DNA of 64,000 bases from an uncultured Desulfobacter sp. (GTDB lineage: Bacteria; Desulfobacterota; Desulfobacteria; Desulfobacterales; Desulfobacteraceae): contig OY762069.1 of the NCBI GenBank assembly GCA_963665095.1, positions 5,088,001-5,152,000 of the forward strand, read 5' to 3'. Positions 46,156 through 53,795 of the stretch are shown here, one piece after another (within the stretch, counting starts at the first letter, position 1; each line of letters opens with the position of its first letter). A program made the translations under genes and the position numbers. The notes beneath the pieces were generated by a model. The model had not been told where the DNA came from. It worked only from the letters and a program-made list of their open reading frames with translations, and did no database searches.

Positions 46156-46337
46156 ATTTTCATCTCCATTTTTTAAGAAAGTGTTGTTGCTGTCAATATA
46201 TCTGGAAAAAACCATAAATGTGTTTTGTGGTACTTGAAATTATGATATGCACTTAGCCTGTATGACTGATAGAAATCGAACAACTCTACCCAAAATCCAT
46301 AAGGCTTACAAGCTTAAAATGGGCGTCTTCTAATCTT

Positions 46338-47705
46338 TTGAAATTTATGGGCTATTTTATGAATCTTAAGAAGTTTTATACAGTTGCCAGGATGATTGCC
46401 ATCTGTTGGCTGGTGTTTATCATTGCGTTTTTTTATGGGATTTATATCTATGCAAATCAAATATGGCCCTATCCGATTGTCGATGCAATGCAAAAATTTG
46501 CAGCTGGTGATCCGGAAGAAAAAACCTCCCTGGTGGAAAAATTGGAAAATGACCTGGATATTGTCCCGGCCAGGCACATTGTTGATTGTGAGAAAAAATA
46601 TCCGATTCCTTCCGGTTATAAAGAACTGAAAGGAATTGAGATGAATGCCCGCCGTCAGCTCCCCAGGGTTTTCTTCTCAGATGCAGCCCCCAGAGGATAC
46701 CGTTTGATCTACGGCGTTTTTGATTTTAAAAAATCCCTTCATGGCGCTATTCTTTTCGGGCCTGACGGGAATGTTGAAAATGTCTGGTATACCACTCAGG
46801 AGGATGTTGAGTGGCATCACAGGCCTGACAAAAACTGTTACCCGCATGGGTTCGTCATTGGGCATGATGGTACCATCGTAACCGCATATGATGGAGGAAC
46901 TTCACTGACCAAATATGACTGGTGTGGAAATATTCTCTGGCGGAATAAAGGCGCCTTTCACCATTCAATTTCCTTTGACGCAGATAATGCCATTTGGGTA
47001 TGGGGTAAGGCCGGGGAGGTGGAGAAACCGGACGGAAATCATCTGATAAAGGTTGATTATCAGACAGGCAGGATAATCAAAGAATTTCATATGAACGAGG
47101 TGATAAACGCCAATCCGGACATTGATATTTTCAGTATTATGCAGGAAGACACCCCTGAAGGTTCGAAATGGATATTCGATGCCTGGCATACCAATGACAT
47201 TGACCCTTTACCCGAAGAACTGTCTGGTTATTATCCGCAATTTGACGCCGGAGACCTGTTGATCAGTCTCAGGGCGATTGACCTGATTTGTGTCATTGAT
47301 CAGGATAATTATAAGGTAAAGTGGTGGCGTCAGGGGATGAGCCGAAGGCAGCATGATCCGGATTGGAACACCAAAGGAACCATTACCATATTCAATAACA
47401 ATATGCACCGGGGATTTTCCAATATTTTAGAAGTAAACCCTAAGACGTATGAATCTAACAAGGTCGTTGATGGCGAACGATATCAATTTTATTCCTGGAT
47501 GAGGGGCAAACATCAGTTACTTCCCAATGGGGGCTATCTGATAACCTCAACCCAGCAGGGCAGGGTCTTTGAAATCAACGAAAAAGGTGATATTGTCTTT
47601 GAGTTTGTAAATTTTTTCGGGAAGGACGAAGGCTTTTTGGCTCTGTCGGAGGCTGTTTTTCTCCCGCTGGATTATTTTAAGGAGTTACCTGAATGCACAA
47701 AGTAA
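46338..47705 (+). CDS. Arylsulfotransferase (ASST)-family protein, membrane-anchored
   Basis: N-terminal TM; PHG, FHHS, WHTNDID, LLISLR, QHDP, IFNN, LPNGGYLIT..GRVFEI propeller motifs. Confidence 0.75.
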   Translation: MKFMGYFMNLKKFYTVARMIAICWLVFIIAFFYGIYIYANQIWPYPIVDAMQKFAAGDPEEKTSLVEKLENDLDIVPARHIVDCEKKYPIPSGYKELKGIEMNARRQLPRVFFSDAAPRGYRLIYGVFDFKKSLHGAILFGPDGNVENVWYTTQEDVEWHHRPDKNCYPHGFVIGHDGTIVTAYDGGTSLTKYDWCGNILWRNKGAFHHSISFDADNAIWVWGKAGEVEKPDGNHLIKVDYQTGRIIKEFHMNEVINANPDIDIFSIMQEDTPEGSKWIFDAWHTNDIDPLPEELSGYYPQFDAGDLLISLRAIDLICVIDQDNYKVKWWRQGMSRRQHDPDWNTKGTITIFNNNMHRGFSNILEVNPKTYESNKVVDGERYQFYSWMRGKHQLLPNGGYLITSTQQGRVFEINEKGDIVFEFVNFFGKDEGFLALSEAVFLPLDYFKELPECTK

Positions 47706-47899
47706 TAAGTGTTTTAATAATAATTTTGCTTTTTCCTTTGCCTGTTTATGCTTATGTGGGGCCGGGGCTCGGCTTAGGCGCCCTGGGGGCCGTACTTGGA
47801 GTGATCTTTTCTATATTTTTAGCTATATTTGCTATTTTCTGGTATCCCATTAAACGACTAATCCGGAAAATAAAGGGTGAAAAACAAGCGGAGCGGTGA
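47693..47899 (+). CDS. Small membrane protein (AYVGPG type)
   Basis: Signal-like helix, AYVGPGLG, TM helix, WYPIKR basic tail; overlaps both neighbours. Confidence 0.75.
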   Translation: MHKVISVLIIILLFPLPVYAYVGPGLGLGALGAVLGVIFSIFLAIFAIFWYPIKRLIRKIKGEKQAER

Positions 47900-49374
47900 T
47901 GTCGGATAGTTTGTTTATATATCTTCCGTCCATTGTTGTTTCGGTTATAGCTGTTGTCGAGCTTTTATTTCGGCTCCCCTTTGCCAGTCACGTAAATCAG
48001 GTGCGGAATATCTCTTCTAAAGCTATTCATACCGTAACCAGTTCAAAAGTTTCAGATCGCTGGAAAGAAAAGGTTTTACCTGTTTATTCATTTAAAATTT
48101 TTTGTTCCAGTATCATGTTCGGTATTTACCTGGTTGCGGCTTTTTCTGTTTTCATTTCCATCTATGCCCTGGTGGGGCTTGTTTTTTTTGATACCTTCCA
48201 TGATTCGGTTAAAAGCCTTTACCAATGGGAAATTGAAGGTATTATCTGTATTGTCGGTATCGGATACGCCTGGTTTCGGAAGAACATGGCCAGGCGCGGA
48301 TTAAAAGAATCCAATGCGGATGATTATTCTGCATCTTCCAAGCTTCTTCACCACATGGCCCTTGGCAGTAATGCCATCAGGGAAATCTCCTTTGATATTG
48401 ACTGCATGGTGACCAAGGCTTCCGTTGATGTCGGAACAGATGCGCCGGTATATGTGTCCGGCCTGGCAAGGGCCGGGACAACCATTCTCATGGAATCCCT
48501 TTATAAGACAGGTTTATTTGCCTGTCTGACATACAGGGATATGCCCTTTGTTCTGGCCCCGGGGCTGTGGTCAAAGATTTCAGGACGCCATCGTACCCAA
48601 TCAGAATTAAAGGAACGGGCACATGGGGACAGGCTTCTGGTAAACTATGACAGCCCGGAAGCCTTTGAGGAGGTGTTCTGGAAAACGTTCTCTCCCAAAA
48701 AGTATATCCATGATTCCCACCTTGAAATCTGGAACCGGGATGACAATGAACTTGTGGAGAAATATCGAAGATATGTCGCCAATATCATTCATACAAAGGG
48801 GGATGGCAGCGCCTTAAAAAAGCGTTACCTTGCAAAAAATAACAACAATTTACTCCGCATAAATACAATTGTCTCAGCTTTTCCGGATGCTAAAATCATT
48901 GTGCCCTTCCGTCACCCTGTGGATCATGCTGGTTCTCTTATGGCACAGCATACACGATTTTTGGAAGTACATAAGAGTGACCCATTTGCACGTGCTTATA
49001 TGAATTGGCTGGGGCATTTTGAATTCGGTTCTGAATTCAAACCGTTTAACATGGGGGCGGCCTGTCTGCCCGAGTCAACTGACGTTCTTCTGGATCAGGC
49101 CTACTGGCTGGAATATTGGCGGCAGATTTACCAATATATTATAAAAAAACATACCGGCCAGGTGATCTTTTTTGACTATAATTATTTTTGCCAGTTCCCG
49201 GCCAAAGTCTTTGAGCGGATTGAGGATAAGCTGGGGATAAAAGAGAATAAACTGCTCAGTCTGGCCGGGAGCATCAAGCCTGCAACCTCATACTGCGCTG
49301 CATCAGGAAAAGGCCTCTCTTTCGAAGTTAAGAAAGTCTATCAGATGCTCCGGGAGCTATCTATAACGGATTGA
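47896..49374 (+). CDS. PAPS-dependent sulfotransferase with N-terminal membrane domain
   Basis: 5'-PSB loop SGLARAGTT; RYLAKNN; FPDAKIIVPFRHP 3'-PB motif; three N-terminal TMs. Confidence 0.8.
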   Translation: MMSDSLFIYLPSIVVSVIAVVELLFRLPFASHVNQVRNISSKAIHTVTSSKVSDRWKEKVLPVYSFKIFCSSIMFGIYLVAAFSVFISIYALVGLVFFDTFHDSVKSLYQWEIEGIICIVGIGYAWFRKNMARRGLKESNADDYSASSKLLHHMALGSNAIREISFDIDCMVTKASVDVGTDAPVYVSGLARAGTTILMESLYKTGLFACLTYRDMPFVLAPGLWSKISGRHRTQSELKERAHGDRLLVNYDSPEAFEEVFWKTFSPKKYIHDSHLEIWNRDDNELVEKYRRYVANIIHTKGDGSALKKRYLAKNNNNLLRINTIVSAFPDAKIIVPFRHPVDHAGSLMAQHTRFLEVHKSDPFARAYMNWLGHFEFGSEFKPFNMGAACLPESTDVLLDQAYWLEYWRQIYQYIIKKHTGQVIFFDYNYFCQFPAKVFERIEDKLGIKENKLLSLAGSIKPATSYCAASGKGLSFEVKKVYQMLRELSITD

Positions 49375-49487
49375 CATCCTCTGCCATTTTTAAAACTGCA
49401 GGGTGATAACCGCAACACCGCTACCGGCAGACTTGCTCCTTCGTTGAATTATCCTGCTATCTCGATGGATTCTATGCAAGACCAGTA

Positions 49488-51206
49488 TTAATTTACAGCG
49501 CCTGTAAAATCAGTCCCGTCATCCTTGGCCAGTACCCCTTCCTGAGTGATACTGATATTGACGGTTTCAGCAGTTGGGCTGCCATCCTGATCAATCAGGG
49601 TCACCCTGGCTTTTCCGGTTGTTTGAATTTCGAGGGAACCACGGGTTCTCCAGAGAGAACTATTACGTGAGGCTATTCCTTGAACAGCCCAGAGACCCTG
49701 CAAATCAGAAACCGTGTACGGGGTATTTTGTCTGACCCATATTTTCATTTCACTTGCACCGGGGGAGTCTGTTGTCCATGTTTCAGTGGATACCAATACT
49801 GTTTTATTGGCATTCAGGTTGCCTTGAAATTCCCAGGAATCTCTTCCTGTCATGGTAATTGCGCCATTTTGATCAATGTTGAATTGGCCGGTTACGGTAT
49901 CCTCTTCTCCATCAATTTCTACTAAGGAGGCGACAAAGAACCCATCGGCATTGATAGTTGCTGTTCCACGAATCCACCAGGGGGAATCTGATCCGGATGC
50001 CAGCCCATGAAATGTCCAGGTCCCCTGCAGATCGGAAATTGAGTAAGTATCGGCCTGTTTGACCCACATTTTTATTTCACTTGCCCCGGGATCTCCGGAA
50101 CTCCAGGTGTCTGTACTTGCAATGACGGTTTTTCCCACATCCAGATTCCCCGAGAAAGTATTACCGCCATTCTGGGATACCGTGCCGTAGCTGGAGATTT
50201 GAAGGGCACCCGAAAGAGAATAAGACGCTTCGTTGCTGTCTGTTACATCCGCCTGATAAGATCCGTCTGCCTCGATTTCCAAGGTGGCTCTTTCCCACCA
50301 TGGGCCTCCGGGCGCGGTTGCCAGGCTGTGGGAAGACCATGTCCCGCATAAATCAGAAATTGAATAAGAGGTGCCCTGCTTAAGCCAGACATCCATCTCT
50401 GCCGCCCCGGTATCCTCTGAACTCCAGGTCTGTGTCCCGACAGCGATTGTGGATTGTTCCGTATCTGTTGACTGGCAAACTGCGGTTCCTCCGATTATGG
50501 GCAGATCCTCTGGCTCGCTTTCGGGGTCTGTCACAGCCCGAACAACGACAATATATTGTCCTTTGTTCGGAAAAACGTATTCGCAGGTGTTTTCAGTGGC
50601 GTAATCCTGAACAACCACCCATGGGCTGTTTTCATACTCATTGGTTCCGTGATTTCCACGGTAAAACCATTTAAAATAGATATCATCGCCGTTGCCACTT
50701 GACGCATTAGCTGTATAGGTCACGGCAGTGCCGGAATTCACCGGGCCGTCTGAGTCCGATGACAGTCCGGAGATGTGGACTGCGTTTGTATTGCCGATCG
50801 CTACGACACTGCCAATAATAGGCAGCTCCGCCGGTTCGTTTTCAGGATCGGACACAACCCTGGCAACCACAATATATGTTCCGTCTGAAGGGAACGTGAA
50901 TGTGCAGCTGTTATCCAATGAATAGGGTTGCATCACCACCCATGGTGAATTCTCATAATCTGCTGTGCCATAGTTGGCACAGTAGAAAAATTTGTAGTAG
51001 AGGTCCGCATCGCTTTGGTCTGATCCCTCGACGGAAAAAAGGACAGGCAAATTTGATTCCAATGTCCCTGAAATATTCATGGTAAAGGGAACAATCTGAT
51101 TGTCTGAAGCCTGGCTTGGCCATGGGAACGTCAAAAAAATAAAAGCGAAAAAAAGAACGGTTTTAATATTTTTCAACACTGGAAATTTTGAAACAATTTT
51201 CATCAT
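49488..51206 (-). CDS. Secreted repeat protein: two Ig-like (Y_Y_Y-like) domains plus three beta-barrel-like repeats
   Basis: Signal peptide (SQA|S); 2x YYKF..YGT..YENSPWVV; 3x YS/TISDL.G.W..HGLA...WW.RG. Confidence 0.7.
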   Translation of the reverse strand: MMKIVSKFPVLKNIKTVLFFAFIFLTFPWPSQASDNQIVPFTMNISGTLESNLPVLFSVEGSDQSDADLYYKFFYCANYGTADYENSPWVVMQPYSLDNSCTFTFPSDGTYIVVARVVSDPENEPAELPIIGSVVAIGNTNAVHISGLSSDSDGPVNSGTAVTYTANASSGNGDDIYFKWFYRGNHGTNEYENSPWVVVQDYATENTCEYVFPNKGQYIVVVRAVTDPESEPEDLPIIGGTAVCQSTDTEQSTIAVGTQTWSSEDTGAAEMDVWLKQGTSYSISDLCGTWSSHSLATAPGGPWWERATLEIEADGSYQADVTDSNEASYSLSGALQISSYGTVSQNGGNTFSGNLDVGKTVIASTDTWSSGDPGASEIKMWVKQADTYSISDLQGTWTFHGLASGSDSPWWIRGTATINADGFFVASLVEIDGEEDTVTGQFNIDQNGAITMTGRDSWEFQGNLNANKTVLVSTETWTTDSPGASEMKIWVRQNTPYTVSDLQGLWAVQGIASRNSSLWRTRGSLEIQTTGKARVTLIDQDGSPTAETVNISITQEGVLAKDDGTDFTGAVN

Positions 51207-51595
51207 GGCTCCTTATTACGGATTTAAAAAACGTCTGTTATTAAATCAGATCCTTCAAAACCGAACTATTGTAACCGACTGAATCAACTGATAAGGATCA
51301 GCGATCCTAAATCAGGGCATAATGAGGCTGATAAAATGCATAATCAAGGCTCTCATATATGTCGACAATAAGGTATGATGTTCTTTAATCCGTGTAAGCC
51401 TTGTTTAGAAAAGCTGAACAAAAAACGTATACAACAGCACCTCGGAAAAATACAGGGAAATTTTTTGCAGTCCAAAATAAATTGATTTTCTGCATTCCAA
51501 TGCAGCGAAAAAGAAGCCCCTTGCTGCTATCCAGACTTCTGCAGTAGCTTTATTTGTATGCACAGGTTGCAATGTTGATGAATAAGGCCTGAGCC

Positions 51596-51623
51596 TTGAC
51601 CCTTTTACAGGGGTGCGTATCTT
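51596..51623 (+). promoter_or_regulatory. Candidate sigma70 promoter
   Basis: TTGACC-16 nt-TATCTT upstream of RBS AAGGAG and ATG 51662. Confidence 0.4.
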
Positions 51624-51661
51624 TATTTAAACAGACACATATATAAAAAGGAGCGGATAAA

Positions 51662-51874
51662 ATGACACAGGTTTATGTATTTAAAGGGTTTCCTTTTGAA
51701 AAAGGTCAAAAAATACGAATTGAAGATTCTCCTCGTGCCGGGGACTGGGAAGTGGTTGATGTTTCAAAACATAAAGTGACGCTCCGTTGTCCCATTTCAA
51801 AAAAAGAGTTCACCTGGGACCGGTTTTGCTATATGACTGAAAAGGTTGAGGGACTTTGGCCCCAACCTGATTGA
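51662..51874 (+). CDS. Small hypothetical protein
   Basis: Good RBS (AAGGAG); 70 aa; beta-rich pattern. Confidence 0.7.
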   Translation: MTQVYVFKGFPFEKGQKIRIEDSPRAGDWEVVDVSKHKVTLRCPISKKEFTWDRFCYMTEKVEGLWPQPD

Positions 51875-51928
51875 AATATTGCCCGTCCATAAAGCAGGAA
51901 AGCCCGGGCAGACGGAAAGGCGGTATTT

Positions 51929-52435
51929 ATGGAAGTAATTTTACTGATGGCCTCCACCCTGGATGGAAAAATCGCCAGGAATGACAGTCAGTTTGTAGAC
52001 TGGACTGGCAAGGCAGACAAAAAGTACTTTGTGGAGATAACCAAAAAAACCGGTGTGATCATCATGGGGTCAAAAACCTATGATACCATTGGCAAGCCGT
52101 TGCCTGGTCGGCTAACCATAGTTATGACCCGGGATAAAACCCGGTGCTCTGATCAGGACCATCTGGTTTTTACGGACCAGGCTCCGGATGAGATTCTGAG
52201 TATGCTGGAACGTAAAGGGTATGACAGTGTCGCCCTGGTGGGAGGGGCCACGATTAACTCTTTGTTTGCCCACGCCGGTTTGATTACTCAGGTCCACTTG
52301 ACCCTGGTTCCCCTGGTGTTTGGTTCAGGGCTCTCCCTGTTTGACCGGCCTTTGGATATGCGCCTCGCATTTAAGTCGAGCCGGGAGATTGAGAACGGGC
52401 ACCTTTTACTCATTTATCAGGTGGCTGAATCATGA
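51929..52435 (+). CDS. Dihydrofolate reductase / RibD C-terminal family protein
   Basis: MASTLDGKIA, DKKYF, IMGSKTY..IGKPLPGR, VGGA, PLVFGSG. Confidence 0.85.
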   Translation: MEVILLMASTLDGKIARNDSQFVDWTGKADKKYFVEITKKTGVIIMGSKTYDTIGKPLPGRLTIVMTRDKTRCSDQDHLVFTDQAPDEILSMLERKGYDSVALVGGATINSLFAHAGLITQVHLTLVPLVFGSGLSLFDRPLDMRLAFKSSREIENGHLLLIYQVAES

Positions 52436-52566
52436 AAAAGGATATCCCTGAAAAGAAGAAAAAATCCTTCCTGACCCGGTTTTTCAACTGGATCGCAAAA
52501 GGCGCTGAAAGAGCAAACCGACAGGGGCAGGGAATCTGCCGGTCCTGAGCCCCCCGGAAGAAATGA
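52432..52566 (+). CDS. Putative 44-aa selenoprotein (CxxU); 38 aa if UGA 52546-48 is a stop
   Basis: ATGA overlap with the upstream gene; MKKDIPEKKKKSFLTRFFNWIAKGAERANRQGQGICRS-U-APRKK; SECIS-like hairpin at identical spacing to the one at 19580. Confidence 0.6.
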
Positions 52567-52583
52567 CCGGCCCGTGGGGCCGG
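52566..52583 (+). promoter_or_regulatory. Candidate SECIS element
   Basis: A-CCGGCCC-GTG-GGGCCGG; loop G 26 nt after UGA; no U-tract after it. Confidence 0.6.
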
Positions 52584-52603
52584 CAACCATCTTAAAAAAG
52601 CCC

Positions 52604-52631
52604 TTGAATCTTGCGGCAAAGCCGATATACT
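52604..52631 (+). promoter_or_regulatory. Candidate sigma70 promoter
   Basis: TTGAAT-16 nt-TATACT upstream of the 52698 ORF and mntP. Confidence 0.45.
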
Positions 52632-52697
52632 TCGCAAAAAAAATTATCGTCCGGGATTGCTTTGTCCCGGATGTTGTAATGTCAAAGGATTGAATTT

Positions 52698-53126
52698 ATG
52701 AAAGAACGGGTCAAAGGGCTGCTTCAGCAAATCAACTTTATTGAAACAGATATGGAAATCCAGAAGCAGATTCTTTTTTCCATTCCTGAAGGGAATAGGG
52801 AGGAGATGGAAAAAGTTGTGGGGACCATAGCCGCCCATAAGGAGCAGATAAAGAAATTACGGGCACGTATAAAGCAGGTTGACCCTGAAGAGTACAACCG
52901 GATTACCATGCTGGAACAGGCCACGGAGAGATTCAGGCAACTGTCTGAAAATAAGAAATGGGTCGAGGTGGTCACGTTGAATGAAACAGGGCACTGTTCT
53001 GTGATGCTCAATGACGGTTCCTGCATAGAGTGCCTGGTTAAGGCCAGGGATGACAAGGGCAACTGGACGGTTTTGACCCTGGAGGGTGAAACAAAACAAT
53101 ATCCCGGCGGACTGGTTCGACAGTAA
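52698..53126 (+). CDS. Hypothetical protein
   Basis: 142-aa ORF with a helical N-terminus and beta C-terminus; 12 nt upstream of mntP. Confidence 0.7.
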   Translation: MKERVKGLLQQINFIETDMEIQKQILFSIPEGNREEMEKVVGTIAAHKEQIKKLRARIKQVDPEEYNRITMLEQATERFRQLSENKKWVEVVTLNETGHCSVMLNDGSCIECLVKARDDKGNWTVLTLEGETKQYPGGLVRQ

Positions 53127-53138
53127 TGAAGAAAAGTA

Positions 53139-53699
53139 ATGCCGCTGTTTGATATAATTTTTATGGCAGTTGGTCTTGCCATGGATGCCTCAGCCGTGTC
53201 CATGGCCGCTGCCGCATCAGGGTATGCAGATAATCGCCGGGCGGTTTTCCGTCTGGCATTTCACTTTGGGCTGTTCCAGTTCATGATGCCTGTGATCGGA
53301 TGGATTCTAGGAGCTGGCTTTGTCTCCTATATACAGTCTGTGGATCACTGGGTCGCCTTTGGCCTTCTGGCCTTTGTGGGTGGCCGCATGATTTATGAGG
53401 GAATTCAGTCAGGTCCGGAACAACTGCATAAAGATCCGTCCAAAGGCCTGACCATGGTAATGCTCAGTGTGGCCACCAGTATTGATGCCCTGGCCATAGG
53501 TTTGAGTCTTGCAGTGATGGATGTCAATATCTGGTATCCGTCGGTGCTGATCGGGCTTATTACCTGCGGGATGTGCGTGGCTGCTGTCACAATTGGTCGC
53601 CGGGCCGGAATGTTATTCGGCAGCCGGATGGAAGTTGCAGGCGGGATTATTTTAATTGGTATTGGTATTCGGATTCTTTTCCAAGCTCTTCTTTCCTGA
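53139..53699 (+). CDS. mntP: Manganese efflux pump MntP
   Basis: GLAMDA..S, FGLFQ..MP.IG, DHW.AF.LL..VG..MI, ATSIDALA.G, E..GG.ILI.IG. Confidence 0.9.
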   Translation: MPLFDIIFMAVGLAMDASAVSMAAAASGYADNRRAVFRLAFHFGLFQFMMPVIGWILGAGFVSYIQSVDHWVAFGLLAFVGGRMIYEGIQSGPEQLHKDPSKGLTMVMLSVATSIDALAIGLSLAVMDVNIWYPSVLIGLITCGMCVAAVTIGRRAGMLFGSRMEVAGGIILIGIGIRILFQALLS

Positions 53700-53795
53700 A
53701 AATTCCCCACAAATAGTTTGATTTTTGCCAGATTTTTTGGCATGTTACTGTGCGCAGAAACATTGGTAAACCCATTTGAGGTTATAAATATAGTT

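Noticed and set aside
52567..52583. Hairpin as an intrinsic terminator
   Set aside because: No U-tract on either strand next to the stem; sequence and spacing match the other SECIS candidate
52632..53138. yybP-ykoY Mn riboswitch upstream of mntP
   Set aside because: mntP is only 12 nt from the upstream ORF, and that ORF's short leader shows just one simple hairpin (52650-52671); no recognisable aptamer. An Rfam scan would be decisive.
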